Assembly: GCF_009914755.1 (NCBI RefSeq)
Contig: NC_060935.1
Length of the DNA stretch: 64,000 nucleotides
From: the human T2T-CHM13v2.0 reference genome, Homo sapiens
Strand: one strand, 5' to 3'
The notes under the pieces are model-generated. The model was not told where the DNA came from. It saw only the letters and a list, made by a program, of their open reading frames with translations, and did no database searches. The stretch's first letter is position 1, and the number at the start of each line of letters is the position of its first letter. Shown in pieces: positions 51,537 to 64,000 of this stretch. The position numbers were made by a program, and so were the translations under genes.

Positions 51537-51742
51537 CTAGAGTTCCAGTTTCTCCACATCCTAGTCAATGCTTGCTATGGTCAGCTTTTGAGTTTTAGAC
51601 ATTCTAATAGTTGCGTAACGGTATCGCATTCTGGTTTTAACTTGTACTTCCCTATTTAACTACTGATATTAAGCATCTTTTCATGGGCTTATTGTCATTT
51701 GAACACTTTCTTTTGTAAAATATCTGTTCAAGTCATTTGCTC

Positions 51743-52028
51743 TTTTTTTTAGACAGTCTTGCTCTGTCTCCCAGGCTGGAGTGCAGTGATAAGATCTTGG
51801 CTCACTGTAGCCTCTGCCTCCTGGGTTCAAGCAATTCTTGTGCCTCAGCCTCCCAAGTAGCTGGGATTACAGGTGTGCGCCACCATGCCTGGCTAATTTT
51901 TGTATTTTTAGTAGAGATGGCGTTTTACCATGTTGGCCAGGCTGGTCTCGAACTCCTGGCTCCAGTGATCCGCTTGCCTTGGCCTCCCAAAGTGCTGAGA
52001 TTACAGGTGTGAGCCATCACACACGGCC
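51743..52028 (-). mobile_element. AluS (Sz/Sx-like)
   Basis: Full-length antisense dimer inside L1. Confidence 0.93.
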
Positions 52029-52261
52029 TCTTTTGCCCAATTTTTATTATATAATTTGTCCTTTTTAAAGGAATTCTTTAATTTCTAGAAGAAAACACAG
52101 GAGAATATCTTTAATGACCTTGAGGCAGGCAAAGATTTCTTAGATACCTAACCATAAAAGGGAAACTTGATAAACTGACTTCATTGAAATTAAAAACCAC
52201 TGTTCATCGAAACACACTGTTAGGAAAATGAATAGGAAAGCTACAGACTGGAAGAAAATAA

Positions 52262-52612
<351 letters not shown>

Positions 52613-54779
52613 TGAGGACTTCCTTATGCCAGGCGCTTGCCTGACCCTGTGTGGTCCTACAAATCCCGCCCCTCTGCCCATCAATGTCTGTGCCAGTGTC
52701 TTATGTCATGGCCTGTCAGTCCCTCAAGGCTCTAAACTCTTTCACCCTGGCAGCTGCCTTCACAGAGGCTATTTTCTGGAACATACTTTTCCTGGCTGTT
52801 CACAAAGCTCCCTCACCCCTCTCGTCTCAGGGCTCAGCTTCAATGTTTCTTCCAAAGGAAAACCTCCTGGGACCCCAGAGGCACAGCCAGGGAGGGGTCA
52901 GAGCACAGCCTGCTTTGTTGGCTGAGGGAGAGATTGTAGTACAATTTAGAATCCCATCCCTTGGGATTCTTGACTTGGGGGTAAAAATGCAAGTCATCCC
53001 TTGACTTGGGGGTAAAATGCAACATGCCATTAATAAGGGGGTGCTGGTACTGACAAAATGGAGAGGATACGGGGCCATAGTCCCAGATCCAGAGTCCCCT
53101 TCTGGGGCAGACATTCCTGCCTTAGCTTCTAGGGAATGGAGAGGGACCGAACAGGCTGTAGTTAGACTGTGGGGCTCCCAGTGACATATGAGGACCAACC
53201 TGTACCAGCGTATGTCAGCATTTTTCTCTGGTGTGTACAGGCAGGCTCTCAGCCCTGCTCCCAGGGCCTCTGTTTTCAGCTCATGGTCTTGCTTTTACTC
53301 TTGTCTTTACCACAGTCATGTCCATCCATTACCTCTCCACGAAGGCCATAGATGTTGAGAATGTATTCAGGCATGAATGCCCCTAGGTCGGCCCCGCAAA
53401 CTGGGTTGGACTCCGTGCTCTAACCGCTCTGGAGACTCTGTGCTATCACTTCCCCTATTTATCACAGTGTAATGCAATACTGTGGCAGTGTTCTTTGTTC
53501 ACTGTCCGTCTCCATCCCGGGACAGAAGACTCTGTGAAGGAAGCTGCCACCCCCACCTTGTTCTCTGCTGCGTCCCCAGCCCTTGGGGCTGTGCTTGGTA
53601 CACAGGAATCACTCCATGACTTGGTCAATCAGTGATGATAACCCAGCAACCACCGGCAAGGTAGACAGCACAAGTACATTCTCTCCATTTTCCCAATTGG
53701 GAAATCAAGGCTCCGGGAGTTAAATGGCTTGTTCAGGGTCTCACAGTTGGCAAAAGGCAGGGTTGTGAGTGAACAGCAGATCTGGTTTTGAATATTTCTA
53801 CCCTAAGGCGACTGCACTACTAAGTTTAAACCTAATAATGTGAGTGGTGAATGCTATAAAAATGTGGAGTGCTGTATAAATAAAATGTATCATTAAGAAT
53901 ATCTATGGTGATTTTAATCATCCCTAACCACGGTAATGAGACAAAGCGTGGTTCTAAATCTGGGCAGGGCTAGTGCTAAAATCCAGATGTTTCCTAGGGG
54001 CCTGATATATTTTGCATTGTGAATGCTTTTGTTAAATGTTGATGAGATGCAAAAGGATATTTACAAAATAAATGCAGGGGATGGATTATAACAATACACT
54101 GAATACATGAGTACCCACCAACCAGATCCAGAGACATGGAAAACCCTGTATGCTCTGCCTGAAGTCACCTTTTTCCCATCCCAGATTTTCCATGTATTCC
54201 CTCTTGATTTTTTTTAATAGCTTTTTCACATCCGTTACTTTAATGTTTTCTATTCATTTATATATTCGTTCGGCAAATGCTTGTTGAGCTCTGCAACCAC
54301 GGATAGAGTTACAGAGCTTCCGAATCCCACCCCTGTAGCTGTGCAGTTGTTGAAAAGGAAGAAATAGAGGTGTTTTTCCCCCCTCGTACAAAAAAGTTAT
54401 CCTCATGGTACATGCCCCCTGCCCCCCACCGCCCCCTGAAGCAGGCTTTTATCCCCTCAAATGCCTCATTTGTGCTTTGGCCCAAACTGCAGCCCCCTGT
54501 GAGTTTTTTCCACAAAGTACTTGTGGCTTTGGCAAGGTGGTTTTATAATGTTGATAATGCTCCCTTTGTCTGGGGCCTCCCCCTGCCCCTTTCCTTTTCA
54601 GTCTATGTATTTTGGGTCTTTGGCGGGACTTTGTAGAACTTTGTACTTAGCAGGACTGGACTTAGCATAACTTCACTCCTGGGGTCTCTCAATCTTGCCA
54701 CCTTGCCAAGCAGTGGAGCCAGGGCAGCTTCGATGCTGGGGTTCGAGGGGCAAGAGTGGGAGGTGCCCACAAACTTGCT

Positions 54780-54960
54780 GGCAGAGGGTTGCAAACACTT
54801 GCTACTTGCTATTTGTGTGACCCAGGGCAAGTCACTTAACTCTTCCTGTTTCCCTTTCTACAAGGTGGATACGGCAGTCGTGCCTACCTGGGCCATGTTG
54901 AGGGTTAGGCAGGCAGAGCCTGTGAAGTGCTGAGCACTGTGCCTCATGCACAGCGAGGGC
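54780..54960 (+). mobile_element. MIR SINE
   Basis: tgtgtgacccagggcaagtcacttaac...cctacc...tgtgaagtgctgagcactgtgcct. Confidence 0.78.
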
Positions 54961-55524
54961 CCCACCCAGCTAGCTGTCAGTAGGACAGGTGAGATGAGGG
55001 CACCAAGTGATGCCACAGGGCCCCGTGGTGTTTGGCAGTCTGAGATTTAAAAAGCTTGGCACACCCACCATGATCATTCAGGCTCCTGATGCTGTGCCCA
55101 GTAGGCTGGGCATGTGTTGTATCTCTGTTTGACAGATGAGCAGACTGAGGCTCAGAGGATGGTCCCTGCTGGTAAGTGACAGAGCACAGCAGGAGCTTCC
55201 TTTCTGTCCTGTGGGCTGCCTGCCCCAGGCCTCCTCATGGGGAGGGGCCAGATGGGCTTCTGGGGCTGGGGACAGAGGGTAGAAGAGGCTGCAGGGAAAG
55301 AAACTCTGTGGGTCTGGGCTTTGAAAGCTGGCGTTGGGTAGGTTCAGAGTGAAACTCGGTGATGTCCTCAGTGTGGTTCCCTGCCAGTTTTGTGGCATCT
55401 GCTACCCCTAGGGGGCAAGCATGAGGGCTCTCCTCCCCCGGACCCTGCTGGTGAGTGGAAGTTGCCCCAGGATCTAGGGTGATGTGGTCACTTCCCTGCT
55501 ACCTGCACAGGATTATCCACTTAC

Positions 55525-55830
55525 TTTTTTTTTTTTTTTTTTTTTTTAAAGACAGGGTTTCACTCTGTTGCCCAGGCTGTAGTGCAGAGGTGCGATCTCG
55601 GCTCACTGCAACCTCTGTCCCCTGGGTTCAAGCGATTCTCCTGCCTCAGCCTCCTGAGTAGCTGGGATTGCAGACACCCACCACCATGCCCTGCTAAGTT
55701 GTGTATTTTTAGTAGAGACTGGGTTTCTCCATGTTGGCCAGGCTGGTCTTGAACTCCTGACCTCAAGTGATCTGCCCACCTCGGCCTCCCAAAGTGCTAG
55801 GATTACAGGCATGAGCCACCGCTCCTGGCC
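55525..55830 (-). mobile_element. AluS (Sx-like)
   Basis: T tail; gaactcctgacctcaagtgatc. Confidence 0.94.
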
Positions 55831-56074
55831 TGTCCAGTTAGCATTTTTAACCCTTGCTCCATTTTCCTCTGCCACCATTTAGGGTGATCTTAGGAAGGCA
55901 AACTGCTCTGACTATTAGCCAGGGCAGGGCCTAATTAGGAAGGCATACATATGATGCTTGTGGGCTGGGGACAAGATTTGGACGGAGACACAATATAAAT
56001 AGAATGGATTCTAAATCTATGCAAATTGTTTGGGGCAAAAATTTCAACTCTTGAAAAACAGTGATCTAAGCTGC

Positions 56075-56275
56075 CGATATTTGAGTGCTTTCTATGTGCC
56101 ACTATTACTTCCATCAACTCACTTAATCCTCACATCAACCCTGTGATGTATGTACTTTTAGGATTCCCATTTTACAGATAAGGAAACTGAGGCTCAGAGA
56201 GGAGAATTAATTCTTATGTAGTTAGTGAGGAACACAGTTGCAATTCAGAGTCACCTTATGTGGATTCCAGAACCT
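56075..56275 (-). mobile_element. MIR SINE
   Basis: ttaatcctcacatcaaccctgtga...cccattttacagataaggaaactgaggctcagaga. Confidence 0.88.
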
Positions 56276-57147
56276 GAACTTATCCCATCCCCACCTGCAA
56301 TTCGGATCTTTCCACAGTCATGGGTGGTGCAGAGCTGGAAAAATTCCTGCAGTGGACAACTCAGTGTGCTGGCATTGCTGGCTGTGCAGGTTGATTCTCA
56401 TCCTCTTAGACAGAGTGGGAAGGCAGCAGGCTTAGAGGGTAAGAGCCACACTGCCTGGCTCTCTTGGCTTCCCTGTGCCTCTGTTTCTTTATCTGTATAC
56501 TGTAAATAATAACAATCTGACTTAATAGGCTTCTTACGAGGGTTAAAGAGAGACTGCATGTAAAACGTTAAAACTCGCCAGGCCCAAAGCAATGAATAGA
56601 TATCGGCAGATGTGAAGATCATCTGTGCCCAGGCAAAAGCCAGGGATCTGGCTGACCTGTCCTCCAGCTGCCAGGTGATGCTTTTGAGGGGATCTGTAGC
56701 AGTCCTTTTTTGCGAGGGTGCTCTCTGGAGTTCTCAGAAGACCCCAATGTTACTGCTCACTTAACTCGCCCTTCCCAGCCTGTGTGTTTGCCTTAAAGCC
56801 CCTCGTTACAACACAGGCAGACAGTCACACTGGCTTCTGTTCACTGTGGACCTACTAGGAGCCTGGTCCAGGCCCAGGGACATTCCAGGCATTCTCTCTG
56901 TGGGACAAGTATCATTATCCCCATTTTGCAGATGAAGAAAAGGTTGAGCATGGAAATGGGAGCTGGCTGGCAAACTTTTTCTCGTGCCTTTTCCTCCATG
57001 GTTCAGGCGGGGGCCCAGGAACCTTCGGTACACAGTTGGTGGTTGAAGCTTTGGAGGGCCAGGGACTCAGGGAGCAGCCCTCATCCCAGGACCCTCAGTC
57101 CCCAGATGGGCGGGATTGGTCACCGCAGAACCTCAGCAGCTCTTGGG

Positions 57148-57327
57148 CTGCACTGCTCAATGGAACTTTCTGTGTGGATTGAAATGCTGTCTACGTGCGC
57201 TGTCCAATACGAGAGCCACTTGCACATCAAACTGACTAGTGCAACCGAGGGACTAGCTTTTCAATTTTAATGAGTTTAAACGTCAAGAGGCACACGTGAC
57301 TAGTGGCTACTATATTGGTCAGTGCAG
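57148..57327. mobile_element. MER3 (hAT-Charlie MITE)
   Basis: TIRs ctgcactgctcaat...attggtcagtgcag; internal gcgctgtccaatacg and ctagtggctac. Confidence 0.85.
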
Positions 57328-57346
57328 GTTGGAGGATGGGTTTTCT

Positions 57347-57645
57347 TTTTTTCTCTTTTTTTTTTTTTTTTTTTGAGCCAGAGTCTTGCTATGTCTCCCA
57401 GGCTTGAGTGCAATGGCGTGATCTTGGCTCACTGCAACCTCTGACTCCCTGGTTCAAGCAATTCTCCTGTTCCAGCCTCCGGAGTAGCTGGGATTACAGG
57501 CATGTGCCACCACGCCCAACTAATTTTTGTAGAGATGGGGTTTCACCATGTTGGCCAGGATGGTCTCTGTCTCCTGACCTTGTGATCTCCCCGCCTCGGC
57601 CTCCCAAAGTGCTGGGATTACAGACTTGAGCCACCGCACCCGGCC
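57347..57645 (-). mobile_element. AluS (Sc-like)
   Basis: ggccaggatggtctc; TSD tggaggatgggttttct / tggaggaggggttttct. Confidence 0.94.
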
Positions 57646-59042
57646 TGGAGGAGGGGTTTTCTGCAAAGGGAAGTATTTGTGAGAGCTGGCAGCACCTTGC
57701 TGGTGGCTTTGTTTCTCCTGTACCTGAAGATTAAGAGGAGGTCATATGTCAGAGCTGATTTTACACTGATTCCCTCCCTGCCACTTCATGGAGAGAAGAG
57801 AGGGCCAAGTGACTGGAAGAATCCACGCATGCAGCTGGTGTTGCCTTTCTGCAAACACATCTACGTGGGGTGCCTGGGCTCGGCATGTGGAGAAAACCAC
57901 AAAAAGCAACGCAGGCACGTGTGTTGTCCAGACAGGAAAAGGAACAGCAAGGGAAGGAAGACTTGCGGATTTTCCCTTCGCGCTAACCTGACAATAACAC
58001 CCTCGTGTCAGTCTCTGGGTTTCATTCACCCAGGGAGAGAGTGTTGCATGAATTCATCAATGAATTCTTTTCACAGCTTACCAGTGTTTGCGTGACGCAG
58101 AGCCGTGATCATCAGAGAAGCTGAGGTTCTTATTTCCCAACAGAAATAAGTCACAGGCAGGGGAATAAAACAGCTACCCAACGTCAAATCTTGTAGGGAT
58201 CTTCCCATCTTTAGCCAAAACTGAGATTAAATTATCCAATTTGGAGCCTTTGGAAGAAAAATGGCTCTATTGGCTTTTCCTTCTGCCAAGAAAAAAGCTC
58301 TTCAATTTGTCAGTTCCTTTATGAACTTGCTGTGTGTCTTAGGACAAGTTCCTTAATGTCTCTGAGCCCCAGTTTCCACACCTGACAAAGGCCTATCTTG
58401 AAGGGGGATTGTAGAAATTTGATGAGACAAAAAGTGAGGCTGGCTTTGGCAAGTAACAAAGCTCTGTTCATCCTTGAAAGTAGCCATGACATTGTGCAGA
58501 GGGAGGTGAGCTCTTGAGGAGGCTTCGAGATTGGTGATTCTGAGCTGGGAGCAAGCCAGGGGTGAATTGCGGGCCTGATACCCAGAATGATGGTATTCGT
58601 GGAATGAGAAGAAAAAAAATACCCCAGATCAGTAGGAAATGACTCTTTATTTTCCTTGACTGTCAACAGGACACCACAAGCACTGGAAAAGGAAAAAACA
58701 ATAATAATCTTGTTCAAAATGTATCTCCAGGGGCCCTTGGAAAAGGCAGCCCTGCCCTCCTCCTAATTCTTGTCTCTGTGGGGCTGTGCCAGGCTCAGAG
58801 GAGCTGGAAGGCCCCCTGGAGCTCTTCTCCAATGCCTGTGCCCCTTTCTGAGTGCGTTAGGGGCATGAAGGATGATCTGGTGAGTCCACAGGATAGCTGG
58901 GTCTCTCAGGGTTTCTGGGGTGTCCTCATACTGTCCCTGAGTCTGAGACCTCAGACATCATGGGCTTACTGCCCCTGGTGGGTCGGGGCAGCAGCTTCAC
59001 TGCTGGGCTCTAAGGGGTGTGACTGCTGCATGTTTCCACCCG

Positions 59043-59532
59043 CGTGTGTGCATGTGTGTGTGTGCATGTGTGTGTGTGCGCATATGTGTGTGTGCATGTG
59101 TCTGTGTGTGCATGTTTGTGTATGTGCATGTGTTTGTGTGTGCCTGTGCGTGCATGTGTTTATGTGTATGTGTGCATGTGTTCGTGTATGTGCATGTGTG
59201 TGTGCATGTGTTTGTGCATGCTTGTGCACGCATGTGTGCGTGTGTTGGTGTGTGTGGGTGCGTGCATGTTTGTGTGCGTGTGTGTGCATGTGCTCTTGCT
59301 TGTACGTGTGTGCATGTGTGTGCATGTGTGTGTACATGTGTTCGTGTGTGCATGTGTGTATGCATGTGTTCGTGTGTGTGCATGAGTGTGTATGCATATG
59401 TTCGTGTGTGCATGTGTTTTTGGTGTGTGCATGTGTGTGCATGTTTGTGTGTGCATGTGTTCGTGTGTGTGTGCATGTGTGTGCATGTGTTCGTGTGTGT
59501 GCATGTGTTCGTGTGTGTGTGTGCATGTGTAC
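59043..59532. repeat. TG-rich tandem array built from (TG)nCATG units
   Basis: About 490 bp of alternating purine-pyrimidine sequence with about 25 TGCATG hexamers. Confidence 0.95.
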
Positions 59533-60819
59533 ACTTGCTTGAACTATAGGAGAACACAAAAGAACATGGGATGCCAGATGTTTAAGTAAACCTGGAACCT
59601 TATCAGGCAGAGTGAGATACCCAAAAAGATGATGCCATGAGGCTTAGAATCCTCCCTCTCCCTCTGAGCCTCAGCTTCCTCATCTGAAAAGTGGGGCTGC
59701 TAGTAGCTAATTCACAGAGTCGGAGAACAGGTCCATGTAGGGCCAGGAGGACAAATCATAGCCAGGACAGGGTGACGTGGTGAGGCTGTCATCCTAAAGT
59801 TGGCTTCCTCTTGTGGATCCCCTCAGGAGATGTCATTTTTGTGTTTGAAGCTGGAGTTTCCTTCTATCTGGGTCCCCTCTTCTCCTGGGGGCATCAGTGC
59901 AGAGTCTATCCTGAGACTTCTCTCCAGACCCTCAAGAAATGAAGGCTAGCCTGGTTCCCATGGCCTGGTGTCCAGTCTGCTGCTGTCTCAAGTCTGGTTT
60001 GAGTAGTGGCCTCCCGAGAGACCCCGTTCCCTCTGAGTTTGGGGAACTGGGCCTGGGGGTGGTTTTCTCCCTTTCTCAGTCTCCCCTCACACCACTGAAT
60101 GGGGGCAGGGGCATCACCAGTGGGAAAGTGCCCTGGACGTAGTGCTAGCCCTTGGCAGACTCCAGCACACACCTAGGGTGAGAGCCGTGGAGCCAATCTG
60201 CTCCTCCCACTTTGGGGGGTAGCCGGGGAGATATGCCTGAAGTGCATCTATAATAACTTTATGCACAAGTTTGAACTAATTGGCTCATCTGTTTAATTAA
60301 TAATGGATACACCAGGTCCCCTGAAGAGGCTGGAGAGCATCCATCTGTCCCCCGACATGTGAAGGCTAGAAGCCTTGGCAATGATTCCGGAGCGAGTGGG
60401 GCATTTGTTTCCATTCTGAATAATGACCGCCCTGATGCCACCCACCCCGCCTCCTTCTCCTGGGCACTGGGAGGCACTCAGAGGCATCCTAGTCACTTCT
60501 TCTGTGGACTGTCTCCTCCTCCTGGTCCCCCCTGTGTCCCCAGGCTCCAGGGAACCAGTCTCTAAGGTCTGGGCATCTGCTCTGGGAAGAGGGGATGGGC
60601 TCCGGGAGCAATGTGCAGTGGACAGTGGCGTTGCCAGAGAGGGCTCACGGAGGGCTCGTGGCCAAGGGCAGCAGTGAATCTCCCTGGCTGTAGCACTCAA
60701 GGCACCCTCACTTCTTGGCTATGTGACCTCGACAAGCCATTTCACCCAGCGAGCTTCGGTTTGTCACAGCACTCACAGCAGATGATGGGTTGCCAGCAGT
60801 AAATTTGGGGCTAGCATTT

Positions 60820-61360
60820 TATTTGTTCATTCAAAAATACTTATTGAGCACCTACAGTGGGCTGCAGACAATGTCCTGGATAGGGGGGTGCAGCAGTGGA
60901 CAGAAGCCCCTCCTTTGGAGAGCTGACACTCTAGTAGGAGAGGCAGACAGTTGAATAGGTATTCAATGTCAATTTATTTATAGACAGTATTTGTTTGTAT
61001 GTTATATAAATATTATATAATTTCATGTGCATAATTAAATCTATATTTCTTATTGGCTCATATATTAATTATATATATCTACATAATAGTCCTGAGAAAT
61101 TCAGTGAGTGATGCCGGGGGAAGCTGTTTTTGGTGCAGGTCAGGGACACCTCTGTGAGGGGTGACATTTAAACAGTGTTGAGGAAGTGAGGGAACAGCTT
61201 GGAGCATCTGCGGGGACAGTCGCAGGCAGAGGGGACCGCAGGCACGCACGGCCTGGAGCAGCCAGGGGCTGGTGAGTCCCAGGGCTGGAGCCAAGTTCAC
61301 AGGGGCTGAGTGGAAGGAGGTGAGCGGGGGTGGCCAGGGAAGGTCATGAGGGGCCTTGCG
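60820..61360 (-). mobile_element. L2 fragment
   Basis: ttcattcaaaaatacttattgagcacctac...gagctgacactctagt...ggtgacatttaaacag...ggggctgagtgga. Confidence 0.8.
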
Positions 61361-61849
61361 GGCACTTGAGTGTGGTGTCTGTCTTGCTGACTGCCTGGCA
61401 CACAGTAGGTGCTACCTAAGTGTGCCTCCCTTCAACCACTGTTTCATTAGAGCTTTCTCAGTGGCAGACCTTGCGCAGGGCGGTGGGAATTCAGAAAGGA
61501 GCCGGGGCCTCTCCATCATGGGCTTTGGTGGAGCTGTGTGGAGTGATGTAGAAACCAAGAGGTTTCTGTGCCCCTCTGATCCTCACTCAGTGGGGTTCCT
61601 CCCGGAAGAGGTGACACCTCAGTTAGCTCTTGAAGGAGTGGACCTCCACCCCGGGGAAGTAGCCTGGGAAGGATGTACTGAACAGAGTGGACAAACAGTA
61701 CCTGCCAAGGCCAAGAGGTGGGAGAGAGTGTGGCTTGTGGGGCAAGGGCTGGCAGTGACCGTGGCTGGAAATCCAGGGTTTGCAGGAGGATGGGGAAGCC
61801 ACAGGAGCTGAGGCTGGGGAGTGGTCCAGCTCCTGCAAGGCGTCTCGTG

Positions 61850-62270
61850 TGACTCAAAGTCAAGTTGTCCCAGAAACAGACCCTGAGATGTGATATGCTC
61901 CCAGGGGGAAGGGGAGGGAGCTGGGAAAATGGGAAGGGAAGGGAGACAGTGAAACAAGGGTGAGATCCTAGGCCAAGCCCTGCGGGGTCTAGGGTGTCTG
62001 TTGTGCCTCAGAGTTTGTACCCCACCTCCTGGGTTAAAGTGATTCTCATGCTTCAGTCTCCCAAGAAGCTGGGCTGACAGGCGTGTGCCACCACGCCCAC
62101 CTATTTGTACCACATTGTGGCAAGGGAGCTGTGCTTTCCTACCCCACGCCTGCTGGTCATTGGCTGAGGAGGTGGGGAGGCTCAGAGCACTTTTGACTTT
62201 TGCTTGTGGAGCAGAGCCACTCCAGGGACTCAAGGGCCACCTGCTGAAGAAGAATCCTAGGTGCAGGAGT
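61850..62270 (-). mobile_element. LTR33-like ERVL solo LTR
   Basis: cccagaaacagaccctgaga...cctcagagtt...gcaagggagctg...gtcattggctgagg. Confidence 0.6.
62022..62106 (-). mobile_element. internal Alu right-arm fragment (no 5' end, no tail)
   Basis: About 85 bp ccacctcctgggtt...gccaccacgccc, flanked by tttgtacc on both sides. Confidence 0.85.
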
Positions 62271-62325
62271 TAGGAGCAAATGTACTCAGAAACGCACCAG
62301 GCATCAGAACGGAAATGGCTGAGCT

Positions 62326-62415
62326 AAGGTGACCAGCCCTCCCAGTGTGCCAGTGACCCAGGGGTTTCCTGGAAGTAGGATTCTGAGTGCTGAAGTCAGG
62401 ATGGTCGGTCATCCA
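62326..62415. mobile_element. MER81 (hAT-Blackjack MITE)
   Basis: TIRs ggtgacca...ggtcatcc; internal ggggtttcctgg..gagtgctgaa. Confidence 0.7.
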
Positions 62416-63196
62416 GAGCAGCAACGGTGTTGCTACACGGAGCTCACCTTTTTCCACCTCAGTTTTCTTTTCTGTAAAATGGGGATCATAATAGAGCCAA
62501 CCTTGTGGGGATGCTGGTGAGAGTCACCACGTTACCCTGGTGCATTGCCAGGAATGCTTGTTCTCTAAGCCCTCCTCTCCACTTGCCAGGCACTGGGCGA
62601 CCCCAAGGCCTGGAATGATGAAAGCAGACATTTCCAAAGCTGGGGAACGTCCTCCTGTTCTTTACCTTCCACTGCGCTCCCTTCCCATCCCTTCCCCAGC
62701 CATTTGACAACTGCCCATGAGCTGAGGCCCTGGAGAGGAGGAGGCTGTGTCTTTAAGTGTTCCGAACAGCACTGAAATGTTATGACAGTGCATCTCACAA
62801 GGGATGCCGTTTCCACGGCAACCCCACTCTAAGATAAGCAAGCCGCCTGTATTTTTTTCTGAAAGGTTGAGGAACAGGGGGGTGGGGGGAGTTAGGCGAT
62901 CTGTCAGCGGGTGGGACTTGAAAGCAAGAGCCACGTCCATTAATCCTTTAGCTCTGATTGTGTTATCCAGGAATCAGCCATTAGAGGAGGGAGAAGCAGG
63001 GCCCCTTCCCCTGGCATCCTGTCTCATAAACTAGAGTAGGGGCTACCTCTGGACGCTTGGCAAGAGGAAGACAGAGAAAGAACCATGGTCAAGTTTTGTC
63101 TGAGAAACTGCAGCCCTCTAGCCTTTACCAGGTTCACCCCTACCAAGTGTTTCCTGGTATCCAGAGAGTACCTGGCCAAAAGAACCTGGAGCTTCA

Positions 63197-63589
<393 letters not shown>

Positions 63590-63598
63590 TCAGTCTCT

Positions 63599-63830
63599 GT
63601 TCCGAGACGTAAGTTCAAATTCTGGTCCTATCAGCAGCTGGGGTATTGGATAAGCTACTTAACCTGCTGAGCCCTCAGCTTCTTCATCTATAAATGGGCA
63701 TAATAATGAAAGCGCCTGTCTGATGAAGTGGGTGTGAGGACTTAAGAGAGAATGAATGTATGTGACTAACAGTGCTCAGCACAGTGCCTACTCCATAGTA
63801 GGTGCTTAATAAATGCTAGTTATTAACATG
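63599..63830 (+). mobile_element. MIR SINE (continuation)
   Basis: agttcaaattctgg...acttaacctgctgagccctcagcttcttcatctataaatggg...acagtgcct...gtaggtgcttaataaatgctagttatta. Confidence 0.88.
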
Positions 63831-64000
63831 CATTTTCATTAACTGAATCAGTGGGAAAAATGATGCCAGCTTGGTTGAAGCATAAAGAGGGGGTCCTCAC
63901 TGGCTTTAGGCAGACATCGGCATTGTCCAAGACCACCTCAAAGACCTGCTGCCATTTCTGCCATTGGAACCCCCACCCCCACCCCCACCCCCGGGGTCTT

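Noticed and set aside
58207-58225. Second U2-like snippet (ttagccaaaa)
   Set aside because: Only about 10 bp of identity, which is chance level.
58778-59589. Cys/Val- and His/Thr-rich ORFs in all frames
   Set aside because: Translation of the TG-rich array, not a metallothionein or zinc-finger protein.

Overview
Primate (almost certainly human) non-coding genomic DNA, either intergenic or deep intronic. I find no credible protein-coding exon, rRNA, intact tRNA gene, CpG-island promoter or CRISPR array, and I cannot name a host gene. The supplied ORFs are chance, Alu-, L1- or microsatellite-derived. Roughly half the window is interspersed repeats: about 20 Alus, several old L1s, L2s, many MIRs, MaLR/ERV solo LTRs and DNA-transposon MITEs. 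Repeat family names come from my recollection of consensus sequences and should be confirmed with Dfam/RepeatMasker. The most notable observations are: (1) a pristine 5' half of tRNA-Val retroposed without a tail between perfect 17-bp target-site duplications (31812-31880); (2) a 35-nt U2 snRNA 5' fragment nested in an Alu tail inside an L1; (3) four or five short insertions apparently copied from donors 0.7-2.7 kb away in this same window, which reads like a fossil record of templated break repair; (4) a CpG-retaining, TGACA/homeobox-motif-dense candidate developmental enhancer at about 30.4-30.8 kb. I do not see a new multi-gene system; the interesting biology here is at the level of insertion mechanism and cis-regulation.
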